DNA of 63,110 bases, the filler included, from Hyphochytrium catenoides (taxonomy: Eukaryota; Protista; Hyphochytriomycota), in the NCBI GenBank assembly GCA_900088475.1. It is 11 parts of 11 records of this genome, joined end to end, with 100 filler letters (N's around TTAATTAATTAA, not from the genome) between each part and the next. Parts side by side here need not be neighbours in the genome. Positions count along the whole stretch, not along the records: positions 32,420 to 37,514 come from FLMG01003805.1; positions 37,615 to 43,704 come from FLMG01003098.1; positions 43,805 to 48,318 come from FLMG01004691.1; positions 48,419 to 49,679 come from FLMG01002052.1; 7 more parts are not named here. The stretch is one strand, 5' to 3'. Within the stretch, counting starts at the first letter, position 1; each line of letters begins with the position of its first letter. This document shows positions 37,257 to 49,679 of the stretch, in pieces. The notes beneath the pieces were generated by a model. That model was not told the DNA's origin, did no database searches, and saw nothing but the letters and a program-made list of their open reading frames with translations. Both the position numbers and the translations under genes were made by a program.

Positions 37257-37614
37257 GGCTCAATGTTAAAGTGATCTTTGTACCCCAGGTATGCACTAAT
37301 CTGATGAGAACTGTCAGTGTTCGCAGCGTATGATTGGAAGATCATTGGCGACATCCTTGAGGTTGTTAGAACCCCTTCGGAGAGAATAGTACAAAGGGAA
37401 AGATAGGTCATAGACGCTCTAGGAAGTATAGAGTGCAGGGGCTATAAGTGACGCTATTAGAATTGTTCCTCAGCGCTGGTGGTGGGTAAAATAGAAGAGG
37501 AGTGACAGAGCTTCNNNNNNNNNNNNNNNNNNNNNNNNNNNNNNNNNNNNNNNNNNNNTTAATTAATTAANNNNNNNNNNNNNNNNNNNNNNNNNNNNNN
37601 NNNNNNNNNNNNNN

Positions 37615-40600
37615 GCTACCCCACCTTCAATGAATGGGCTGACTACGACTTTGAGGATGTCGGCAGTAGCCACAGCTTTTGCAGAAAAGAAGTTCTTGTT
37701 GCCGCTTTAGAGCTAAGACGACGTGGTGTGGAGGGCCATGCGACAGCGTTAGAGGAGCTGGCGGAAGCCCTTGAAAATAGGTGCCACTGGATACACTGCA
37801 CCAGACACCCAGCCGGACAAGAAAACTTGGCCTCTTGGCGTGATAACGACGTTGACGTCGAAAAGCCACAACTGTTTACATCCTGGGCTAAAGTTCTACA
37901 CCTGCTCCTTTTGCTCAAAGACACAGCATCCACAGACTACAGTCCTAATAAACTGGGCCCGGCGGCCATCCAAGCCGTAACACATTCGAGGACGCGTAAG
38001 GGCCAAGCGACATTTTCCCAGATTGTAGGCGATATGTGCCCAAGAAGCTTCTTCTCCTTAGAGGAAGCCTGTGCGGGTACATCCACGAAGACTCTCTTCC
38101 GTAGTAAGTGCCTTTATCCCATAACGTCGCTTTCATAGCCGTCTCACTCTATGTGTTTATAGAGAACAGTGATAGTAGGATGGAACAAGTAGATTCAGGA
38201 TGCCATGAGAGCTCTCAAGAGGTGTCGCCTTCGTCGTCTGATTCGACGGAGAATATGGATTTCAGTAGGGTCTCCTTTTACGGAAACGATGACGTATCTC
38301 CCCAAACTTCCAGTATGGGGGCAAACTATGATACCTATTATCCACCATGGGTCTTCTCCAACCTATCCAAAGAGTCCCACCTTCTAACTGAGACTCAACG
38401 GATTGAACTCGATGCAATACCTGGGGATCCTTTGTTCAATCACTGTTTATTCCGTCAGCCCGAAGTACACGCAGGATTGCAGGAGCAGGACAGTTTCTCT
38501 ATTGAGGAGTCCACTATATTGAAGCAGAAAAAAGTGGATGGAGGTGCTCCTCTTCTAGGAGCGCAGAGGCACTTCGCTATGGATCCACGTTCTGATGGCT
38601 TCAAGCAACTGCGCTTTAGTCTCTCTCTTCCTCCGTTGGACGAAACAGCGATCGATCCGTTGAAAAGTGCAATGCTTACCAGGGAGTTTAGAAGAGCAGA
38701 GCATGACCCTTCAGTGCGGAGAGTACAGGTTAACGACGCCGCTTATTTTGGGAAGGAACGCTCTATTGCTCTGAGGTCAGCATACGTCACTCCAGCGAAA
38801 AAAGATAGCCGCTTTGCAGAAAAAGGACAAGAGGACTATGGCGTCCCAGATGGGTGGTTGTTCAGTGAAGCGTCTGCCAATACTTTCTCTGCCGTCTTCG
38901 CTGCCTTTTATACAGACCATCTGTCAGGGCGTCAGGGATTGATAAGCGACAAAAGGCTCCTTAAAGATGCCCAAAGTGCACTACGAGGTGTCCCTTCTTC
39001 CACCTTCCACGTTGACCACAATTATCGAAAATTGTGTTGGAACGACAGGGAAGGGAGACCACGCTTGAAGGGAACCACTTTTTCTTCGCTGAAGAACGCA
39101 ATGAACCAGGTTGCTAGAACGGGTACCCTTTATAAGAGGTTAGAGATCTTGATGACATACTTAGGACGTGGCGAAGCTGGACAAATCTGCCAGGCTTTCG
39201 CAGAAGAAGGAAAGAAGCAGCTTGAAGCCGTTTCTACTTTTCAGGATATATGCTCTCTTGTTGAACTCTCTTGCATCGTGGAGATGATGCTGGACAGCCT
39301 ATGTTTCTTGGCCCGCATTTGCAATTGTGACAACAATAAGGACTGGGAGTTGCTGTCTGATAGTCCTCAATGGAATCAAGATGTGACGTTGGGCTTCGCT
39401 TGCTCAGAACAAGCTGTCAAAAGATTCCCTAAGGGAGCAAATTTGCTGGCCAACCTGATGAAGATCACAAGGAATACTGCCTTCATGCTTACAGAGACAC
39501 AACGTTCGCTTATCACTCGGCTTCAAGGGGCTTCCTTGGTCCCCTACCTCAGGTTCTGCCTCCGATGGATGTGCTCTGGCACCGTCACAGAGGAGGACGA
39601 TGCTTATGGCGAGTTTGCCATTAGAGTTTCTCCACAATTGGCACTGAGCACTAAAGTGACATCAGAGATTGTGCGGAGTGGAGGGGAGTGCTTCTTCAGC
39701 GAAGCATTTACTGGCCCTTCCCAGCCATTGGGCAGTCCCAGTGAGGACAGTAGAAATCATGCACTGGAAGGGAGCGTAAGGCCCTGTTCAAAAGAATGCG
39801 TGGGCATTGCGCCTGACCTCTTGCCACCAAGAACTTCGGTACTACTAAGTAGAACCGGAAAGCTGCTTAATCTTATTCGGCTTACGTCCCCTGACGTCTA
39901 CAAGTTCTGCAGCTTAGATAATCAGGAGTTTGGCTCGGTCTTCTCAGATGGGGTTCTACAACCCTACAGTGTCAGGGTACTTATGGGGGTTGTCGAAGAA
40001 CAAGCGATCCTTGTGCTTGCGTACTTCGAAGGTCTTCAAACGCTCAGGACAGCTGTCAAGGATCGCCAGATCACGTTGAGGCGTCAAGGTTTGATCAAGC
40101 AACGAGCAATTTACTCGCAGCGAGCAGAAAGCGAGCGTAGTCATAGAGTGAAAGCTCTAACTCAGAAGAGAAGACTTTATAAGGAACTTATGCAAGTGGA
40201 GACAGATGTGGCTAGAGGGAACGGGCGCAACCGTATTGAGAACATCCCACGTCGCGATACATCGCAGCTAGAGGCCGCAGCGCGATCTCTTTTACTAAGG
40301 AAGTATGGCTCACTAATAGAAGATGCCGACACCAGGCTACGTGCCGCTACATGGAAGCGCTTGAGATTACAGAGACTCCCTGCAGCGAGGAAAGCGTTGG
40401 CTTCCCTTTATACCAAAGAAGCTGCCACTCTCCAGCTGGAGAAGAATGCCAAAGAACAAGCCAGTGACGGAAGCAGAGGAGAGGCAAGGGCTATGGCTTT
40501 GGAAAGTTCGAGTGAAGACACTAGCTTCTCAAACATCAGGGTGACAGAGCCACCCGGTGGCAGCGGTGCAGCAGCAGCAGCTCTCATCGAAGGCAATGGC

Positions 40601-43600
40601 GGGATGTTGGGAAGCTTCTCGGGCATTAGGATAGCTCAAAGTACTAGAGTAGGAGTCTCCGGATTACCAGATGGGGGTGACGACACTTTCAGGAGCTTCT
40701 CAGGCATCAAAATCTCGAACGTCACAAGATCCGGCATCTCAGACGCTGGGAAGCTTATAAAGCAGGAGGAGGATGGCCCATCAAGCTTTTCAAGCATTAG
40801 GATCCTGCAGGCACCAGGCGGAGAAGCGACGTACCTGAATTCAGAGGTAATTAGCACTAGCATTGAGAACCCCTCTAAATCGTTCTCCGGGGTTAGAGTT
40901 TCTCAGGCAACAAGAAACGGAACGTCTGAAGCTCGACAGCTTATAACCGGTGGAGGTCTCTTGGAGACTCTTCGTGGTGTCTTTCCTCTCACAACTGCCA
41001 AAGGAAACAACAATGAAGTCTTCCGTACCACCCCTGAGGCCGATACAGCTTCTGCATCAAGACAGACGGAAAGCTTATCGGGTGTTAGAATCTCTCATAG
41101 TACCAGATCGGGTGTCTCAGAAGCTGCTCTTATAATGGACGGTAAATCTTCGCGCCCTTCTACCTACTCTGGCATCAGACTTCTCCAAGCGCCAGGCGGA
41201 CGAATAACAGGCGTCACAGCACCAACGGACACAGACGGCCCAGCTGAGAGCTTTTCTGGCATCAAAGTTACTCAAGCAGCAGGTGGCAGTGGAGAAAACG
41301 CCAAAGAGCTACTATATGGCGACGGAGGAAAAGTGGCTCCCTTCTCATCCATCAGAGTCCTCAAAGCTCCAGGAGGTGACCTCAATCCCGTTAGAGAGGT
41401 TAGCTTCCAACCTGCTCCGTGGCAAACACTGCGAATAGGCACCTCTCTGCAGAACAGCCCCTCACTTCAAGACTCGACGGCATCCCATGATAAGGACCAT
41501 ACACTTGGGTCTGAGCGAGACTCTGATGGTGATTTGAAAACACCCCGTGACGAGGCCGCTTTGTATACAAGAGGGCAAAGCTGTAGAGGATCTATCCCTC
41601 ACGATAATGTCCTTCAGCTTGGAGAAGACGACGCTAACAACTCTGGGCTTTTACCTCCAAAGATAGAGCTCCTCACTTCAAATAGTTTGAAGCCCGAGCC
41701 CGAGCAGAAGTCTTCCTCTCCTAGAACGAAGCATTCTAACTTGGAGTCGCAATCTTTTCACGAGGTACAACCTGAACAAAGCGCTGACCCTCCATATAGC
41801 CAATGTAAGCTTCCGTTGTCTCTCCTACTAGAATCCTCTCCGACTACAATTCCGCCTTTACCTCAGTTCGCGGCTAATATCCGTCCATTCTACCTATTGC
41901 CTCTGCGTAGATGACGAACTCTTCGGTAAAACCGTAGCTCAAGAGGTATGATGCTTTGACTGATCTCAACCTTCTGGGTCCGATATTTACTTAATAATCT
42001 CTAGCTGAGGAGTTACCATGAACAGTATGGCGATTCATCCGCCGTGATAAGCTTTACGCCCTTCCAGTTGTCCTCGCAGTGCCTACACGTAATGGAGGAT
42101 TCAGGACGGAAGAGCCCCCATGATTCCTCTTCTGACTTGGACCTGGAGCAGACGCTGGGTGCTTTCATACGGAGGAGGGCTGAAGTAGTGGAGCAGGCGG
42201 CACTGAAGTTGTTCCTGATCGAGCTCGAGTGCGCCCAGTACTTTCGGTCCATCCGAAACTTCATGCTTCTGGAAGGTAGATGGTGCTTCGTACAAACTCC
42301 TCTACTCGCTGTCAACCCATCCATTCGTCTCGCTGTCCACGCTAATCTCTATCACCCCAGCTCCGGATCTTTTATAAGCGGTCATTGACTAAACCAAAAA
42401 CGCGTTATCTCGTTTAGGTAGCTATATGGACTCCTTCATGAGAGCTTTACTTCAGGCGTTGTATTCCAGAGATCCCAGAGAGAGGTCGTTTTTTTACGAT
42501 CTTACACGAGCAGTCCACAGTCAGGTTCCGCTCGATGGAGCAGATGAAGACAAGTTCTGCTCTAACTTCTCCTATCAAGTAGATCAGAAGAGACTCCAGG
42601 ACGGTAGAAATAACCAATATCTTCATCGTGCAACATAATACGCTTCCTCTAATGCCTAACTCTTTTTCACAGCTCTCGGCAAGGGTGCTTTAGAGCCGCA
42701 AGTCCTGGAGATCCTAAATCTATTGCGTCCCCAGTATGAAGTTAAGTGGCCTTTTGGTGTCATTGTTTCCCAGAAAATGCTACGGCAATATCAGACAATC
42801 CACGAACTGCTACTCAAGATTCATGCTAGCTCAATTCTTCTCTCAGATCTCCATCTATCGGCGAAGGCGGTAGGAGCCATCCTCCCGCTTTTAGTTCTTC
42901 AGTCGCCTAAACCTAATTGTGTTTGAAGCTTTTCAGCAGAGGCATCAGAGGAACTAGCACCCCATCCCCTCAGGAAACTGGCAGTCTTAGTGCTAGTAGA
43001 TGGCTAGAGTCTTACCGCCACGAGCTGCTCTATTTCATTCGAGAGATAGAAAGCTACTTCGCCATTGAGGTACTTTTAGACAGCCACCAGACCCCTTGTC
43101 TAGTATTTAAGCGTTTCCTTTTAGGTCCTCATGAGTGCTTCAAAAACATTCGAGAATGACTTAGCTCAGGTTGGCAGTGTCAATGGCCTTCAGGAAATCC
43201 ATGGAAGCTACGTCGCCAATATTTATGATAGGTCTGATACTCTCCTTTCCTTTTGTGCCTCTCTAAGAAAAAACTAACCCAGTTTTGACACAGGTGCTTC
43301 TTGGGTGAGGATGACTCTGAGGTGGGTCATTTGGTTACGTTGAGTACGGTGATCATTGTCTTCTCAAATAGATTATCTTGCAGGTACAAGAAGCATTAGA
43401 GGCTATCATTCGCAAGGCCCTGAAATTTCGCTCAGTTACCGTTGCCTATGCGTCGAGGACTGAAACCCTTCCTGAGGTAGGTGGGCTTGTTAAAAGGTGG
43501 CTGAAGGGCATTTTTAAGGCCTCATAATGTATCCATAGAGTACCTTTGCGCTCTTGGTGCGTGATAGACAGACTTTTGCAGCCAAACGAGCTTCGCTGAT

Positions 43601-43660
43601 ACGGACAGTACGCAAGAAGCTGGAGTCAAGGCCCGGCACTTCCAGAGCCCACTTAGAGGT
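37615..43660 (+). CDS. TUBGCP6: Gamma-tubulin complex component 6, partial at both scaffold ends
   Basis: N-terminal LELRRRG...ALEELAEAL. GRIP1 motifs LKDAQSALRGVPSSTF, PYLRF..W..SG...DAYGEF and GKLLNLIRL. GCP6-specific helix ARSLLLRKYGSL...ATWKRLRL, then a repeat insertion. GRIP2 motifs FLIELE...IRNFMLLEG, YEVKWPFGVIVS..QYQTIHELLL and RHELLYFI. Introns are mostly ~50-150 nt. Confidence 0.92.
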
Positions 43661-43810
43661 TTGGATAGAGTGTCCTCTCCTTTGTGTTGTCTAGTTTCGT
43701 GCTGNNNNNNNNNNNNNNNNNNNNNNNNNNNNNNNNNNNNNNNNNNNNTTAATTAATTAANNNNNNNNNNNNNNNNNNNNNNNNNNNNNNNNNNNNNNNN
43801 NNNNGTCAGA

Positions 43811-46800
43811 TGAAAGAACGTGAGAGAAAAGTTTGATCCTCAACACTCTCTTGGTGCTCTCCTAATCAATCTGTGCCTCGTTCCATCCTTTTCCTCATAT
43901 CGCCCTTTTGCTCAAAAGATGAGGTCAGGAATTTCTCCTCACATCTCTCTTCACCCATAACACAGTTTATACCGGTAATGACTATGCGTCCGAGAGCTAG
44001 ATGTGTATAGAGTGTGATTACTGACAACGAGCATTGTATCACTCAATACTCCCCCGCATACCTAGCTTCTCTGAATGGTCAGTAGTTCTTGCGATCCTCA
44101 TACTGTCCGTCTCACTCAACGCTCTCTGCCACAGGCAGACGAAGCTAGGTGGGTAGTAGTAGCAATAAGGGTACCGGTATCAGAGGGACAGACCCCAAGA
44201 TGAGGCCGCAGCGTGTGAAAGAGAGGAGTCGCTAAGGGCTTCGTGAGACAATCTGCGACCATGGCTGCAGAGGGAGTATATAATCCAGCTTAATTCTCCC
44301 AAGGGCTACCTTCTTTTGCAGGACGCAGTGCTTGACATCCAAAGTCTTTGTTGACTTTGGTCGAGGAGAGGAGCAGACACCGATGGCGCTCTTGTTGTCC
44401 TGGCCAATAGGGATGGGAAGCTGGTGCGAGAAGCCCAGCTGCTCGCTCAGGAACACACTAAAATGCTCCACAACCTGACTCAAGGACCAAAGAGAAACGC
44501 ACTCCGCTCCCGTGGTTGAGGACGCCCGAAGAGACTGCTTCTTTGACTTCCAGCAGGCAAAGGCCCCGCCGTTCAGACTCAAGAAATAGCCTGTGATGGA
44601 CTTGCGGTCTGCGGGCTCACTAGCCGAATCAGCATCAGCCTGGATAGAGAGTTGGATAGGAACATTCCCTCCTAGACAAAAGGAATAGTCTTGAGTTGCC
44701 TTCAGGTAGGTGAAGATACGTTTGACAGCCTCCCAGTGGACGTGGCGGAAGGCAGTTATATGTTGGCTCACGGCTTGCACTGCATAAGCAATGTCAGGCC
44801 GCGTGCAGACCATGACGTACAGCAAGAAACCGACTGCTTGCCGATAGGGGGATGGTAGATGTTTTGGGCAAGTACGTCTTAGGCACCGCTGGGATAGGAT
44901 TTGAGTAGGCATCAAGTAGGCTGAAGCGCTCCAAGATCTCGGTGATATACTTCGACTGTCCAAGGTATCTCTTCCTAACCGCTCTATCCCGCTTCACTTC
45001 TTGGATACCCAGGTAGTAGCCTAATTCCCCCAGATCCGTAATAGAGAAACGGGCCGACGAAATGTCCTTGAACTCCTGTTATTCGCTCGGTAGTGGGAGC
45101 AAAGAGATTGTTGGATTTGTATGGGATGATTGGACAATGTCATTAGTTGAGAGTGCTCTACTTATAAGCTCAACTGGGGTCCCATAATCTAGAGCTATTC
45201 TGACTATGCCAACTATTCCTAATAAACCCTAAGATATTCAGTCATAGAGATATCCCTGTCTAGAACAGTCAGTCCTCAAGTTATTCCTGGGTACTAACCA
45301 TAAGCCATAGATATAAACAGGTACATTTCGTTGGCTTCATATCTCGGCTTCTACTGGGAGTTTAGAGCTGAAACTTGGGTAGTTGAGCTTGCCAGCTTGT
45401 AGTCCACATAGCTGTGCCCTCAAACTCCAACACCTCCCCGCAGCTCGAACTCCCTATTGTGAAGGGTCGAAGCTGAACATTATCTAGAGATATTCTGACT
45501 ATGCCAATTATTCCTAATAAACCCTAAGATATTCAGTCATAGAGATATCCCTGTCTAGAACAGTCAGTTCTCAAGTTATTCCTGGGTACTGAGCATAAGC
45601 CATAGATATAAACAGGTACATTTCGTTGGCTTCATATCTCGGCTTCTACTGGGAGTTTAGAGCTGAAACTTGGGTAGTTGAGCTGGCCAGCTTGTAGTCC
45701 ACATAGCTGTGCCCTCAGACTCCAACAAAGAGAAGCATGTCATCAACGAAGATTCCGACGATCTCAAGGTTATCAGGTCTCGAAGAGTGCCTCTTGATAT
45801 AAAACTCCAAAGTCACAAACTCTGCGCTGGAACCCTTGGCCAACTAGATAATGGTGGAGGGTGTCATTCCACATCTTGGGACCCTGACCGAGGCTAGATA
45901 GGGACTTTTTCAGCCTCCAGACGTGGCCTGCCTGCCCAGGGGTTGCAAAGCAAAGGTGGTTGACGCATGTACACCTGCTCGTCGAGATTGTCGTTCAGGA
46001 AGGCGGTCTTGATATCGACATGGTGCACTTCTAGATCCAGGTGGCAGCGAGGGAGGGAAGACAGCGCACAGTGTCGTGTCCACTCACTGAGGCAAAGACC
46101 TCTCCAAAGTCAATACCTTGCTTTGGTCGATTGCCAAGAGCGACCAGACGAGCCTTGTACTTGTCCACGGAACCGTCGCTATGTAAGTTGACTCTAAAGA
46201 CCCACTGACACCGATGGCATGTGCGCCTGGCGGTGGAGACACTAGGTCGTAGACCTCATGAGCCTGCATTGACATAAGCTCTGAGGTAATGGCGGCTTGC
46301 CATTCTGTGGCATGAGGTCCTCCAGAGAGCGTTTCGCGTACTGTCCTTGGTTCAGAGACATGGAGAAGGTTGGCCTGACCTAATGGCAAAGAGAGAGATT
46401 CTTCCTGTAGCAGTCTATCCGCCATAGGACCGAGTGAAGGAGGGGGATTTGGTCGCGGCAGGAGAGGATGGAGAAGAATCTGCGGGTGGTGGGTCTTCAT
46501 TTTCCCCGACGTCGGTGTCCCTGTCTCCAAGGAACAATCTCTCTTTTCGCTGCGATTTGGTGCCGACACTGGGGAGCCAATGGCATCTGCTGCACCTGCT
46601 GTCCCGACCGAGCGTGCACTTCTTGATTGCTGCTTCTTCTTCTGTCCCGACCGCGCGTGCACTTTGCTCTTCTTGTCTCACTACTGCTTCTTCTTCAGCA
46701 TCTAGTGGTCCTGCTACTCCAGCTGTACGTAGTTGCTTCTTCGCTCGCGATTATTGGGAACAGAGAGACCTAAGCATGAGGCTCCTGCCTCCCGGCCTTC

Positions 46801-48318
46801 TTCAACAAAGATGCACCCGAGCGAGACTCGTCAATAATCATATATCACACCGCACAGAGATTCTCTACGTCATGGGGTCATACAGCCGATACCCATGCGT
46901 ACCAGAGTCGTACCCTACAAAGATGATATACCGAGAGCTCCGTGCATCAAGCTTCTTGAGCATCGTCGACGGCTTCAAGGCATACGCAAGTGAACCAAAG
47001 ACGCGTAGGCGACCAACATCAGGTGGTTTCCCGTACCATTTCTCGTACTACGGAATAGAGCCAGCGAGAGAGCCGCTGGGCAGCGGTTGACGACGTGAAC
47101 AGCTAAGGCCAATGCATCTGCCCAAAGCTCAGCAGCAATCAAAAGGCATCTCGTCGCTTGCATGACACTTCTCATCTACGTTCACAGCATCCGTTGCTAG
47201 AGGGTGAATAAGCAGATGTAGGTGAGTGCAGGATTCCGCGGCGAGAGCAGACACTGTGAGCAGCGCCGCTCATGAACTCTCCCCCCCCGCGATCGGAGCG
47301 AATCTCCTTGACACGCTGACCCGTCTGGTTCTCCATAAAGAGAATAAGCTCCTTCAGCTTACTTTCTGCCTCTGCTTTGCTTCTAAGAGATTGTACACAA
47401 AAGCACCTCCGCGAGTGATCATCTACAACGAGTAGGAAGTATACATGGCCTTGGTAGCTACGAGTATTGACAATGCCCACGTCAGCGTGCAGAAGTTCAA
47501 GCAGTCTAGTTGACTTGCGAGGCTGAGCGTGGTAAGGCTTACGTGTAGCTTGGCTAGGATGCAGGTCTCACAGAGGCACGCCAGCTGACAAGCTCTTTCA
47601 AGAGCTATACCTGAAACCTGTACGGCTAGTCTTCGAATATCTGTATGATTAAGATGATCAAGCCTTTTGTGCCACAGGGTGATAGGCTCTTGCTTGCTTG
47701 TAGCTGCGGCTAGTCTTGGAGGAGAAGAGTCACTTTTTCCCGTGCATCGGCAGTGTCTGAGGAGCAATAAAGGGTTCCATTGGTCAAACCAATACGTCTC
47801 ACTTGTTCTTGTGAGCTTAACTTTGCAATGTCCTTGACCACTGAAGGACTGAGAGCGTAAGCTCCACTACTTGAGGTAAATAACACTGCTTCACCAGAGG
47901 AATCTTGGATGTATTGTCCAATAGTAGAGAGAATATGCTTCGGAAAGCCTGGCGCATAGAGCACATCCGGCAGGTAGAGAGGAGTGGTAGCTCTATTGGC
48001 AGCACGGATAAGTATGCTTCCCTTTCCCACGGCAAAGACTGACCTGTTGTCCGCAGTAAAGAGAGGAAGAGGGTACAATAGGAGTGAAAGAAAGAAAGAG
48101 TGATCGATCTCCAGGAATGTTGCTGGAGCATCCGCTGTCTAGCACCCATTTGTGGCTGCTCTGGACTTCTCTCGCCTTCGCTGCAGCTTGCTGGATAGAA
48201 GCTAGGGTAAGGGATTCACCAGAGTTGAGAGAAGACTCATACTGATTGGCTAATCCCAATTCATTAGTATGAACTCCTCCGGGAGAAGAAGAGGAGGAGG
48301 ATAAGAGAGCAGCTAACA
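43811..48318 (-). mobile_element. Degenerate Ty1/Copia LTR retrotransposon (5' end cut by scaffold edge)
   Basis: Copia domain order: protease WVLDSGCS, WHKRLDH/CETCILAK, integrase (VDDHSR, IRSDRGGGEF, SNG..ER), RT (FVDD, TRPDIAYAV), RNase H (ADAD...RKSITGY, SKKQS). PPT GCGGGGGAG at ~44049-44057; probable 3' LTR 44048-43811 ending in CA. Multiple frameshifts. Confidence 0.95.
45108..45728 (-). mobile_element. Nested ~620-bp internally deleted LTR element (TRIM-sized)
   Basis: Termini TGTTGGA...TCCAACA. 246-bp direct repeats 45187-45432 and 45482-45727 (about 7 mismatches by eye). PPT GCGGGGAGG adjoins the complete LTR. Flanking AGAGA duplication; removing the element restores FVDDMLLFAPT in the host RT. 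Confidence 0.92.
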
Positions 48319-49638
48319 NNNNNNNNNNNNNNNNNNNNNNNNNNNNNNNNNNNNNNNNNNNNTTAATTAATTAANNNNNNNNNNNNNNNNNNNNNNNNNN
48401 NNNNNNNNNNNNNNNNNNCCCCCCCTCTCTCTCTCTCTCTCTCTCTGGCGCTGGCGCGCCCTCCTTGTGGTAATCCATCTCCTCCAAGTCTACCTTCCAT
48501 CACTTCTATCCCTCGGAATGTAATACAAAAGGGAGTAGTAGGGGCTGAGAAAAAGTAAGCTGCCGTATGGAGCATGCTCCATTCCTTGGTTGGGGACGGG
48601 TAAATGAGCAGGCTACCAATTATATGTTTGAAGAGAGTGAGTGGTGTCAGCGAAGTCGACTGAGAGAAGGGAGAGAGAGCACCAAGAAGAATTTGTACAG
48701 AAGACAGAATTTATCAGAAGGAGCAGAGAGAAGCAGGAGCGAGAAGATAGGAGTGAGGAACCAAAGAAGTAGTTGTTGGAGTACGGTGGGCATGAAGAGC
48801 ATGTAGGGTTAGGAAAAGAGTAAGGCGACGGCAAAGGGGCAAAGGGAATGTTATCATAAGGTTAGGACGAATATTGGGACAGTACTTGCTACGGTTTAGG
48901 GAGATGTAGACGAAGAGGAAAGGAGAGAAAGAGCACCTGATGCTGTTTGCACAGGAGAAGCAGTTGGAGAATAGGGCTGACAGAAGCCAGAGCGGGGACG
49001 TAGGAGTGAGGGACCTGGTACTAAATCTAGCGAGATCACGAGTTGCTCACGAGGAGTCACTTTCTGCCCTTACTAACCAAGGACCAGGCGAGTCAGAAGA
49101 AAGAATGGAGCACTCCGAGGAGGACCCATCATACACGGATGAGGAGCAGTTCCACAGTGGTTTGTACCAGGTGACAGTGTCTGAGACGGAAGACAAACAG
49201 GCGTATACAGCAGACCTGCCTACAGACACTATAGAACATTTACTATGGAGAGGGAAAAGCTACCTACAAGGCAAATATAACATACAGGAATCAGACCACG
49301 GAGGATATGGCACCTAGGGAGGATGCCCCAAAGGACATGGAAGGAGACATTACCTAGATAGCGACATTAAAGTAGCCAGAACGCTGCGGATACCTGTCCA
49401 AGGTACAGTATAAGTGTAAGGTTTACAGGACTTACAAAGGATGTAGCAGAACCGACAGAAGCAGATAAAGCAAGTAGGGTAGCGCAAGGAGAACATAAGT
49501 TAGGAGGTACAGTGAAGAACAGAGTAGATATGGTGCTTAGTAGAGAAGCTAAGAACTATTTCAGTCAGTTGAAAAGTTCCGGAACAAGACTAAGAACTCA
49601 CGCTATCATTCCTCTCCAGTCATCTTTGGCCCAGGTGC

Positions 49639-49679
49639 TTAGGGTTAGGGTTAGGGTTAGGGTTAGGGTTAGGGTTAGG
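49639..49679 (+). repeat. Telomeric repeat (TTAGGG)n at scaffold end
   Basis: About seven perfect TTAGGG units running into the spacer, with the G-rich strand pointing outward. Confidence 0.9.
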
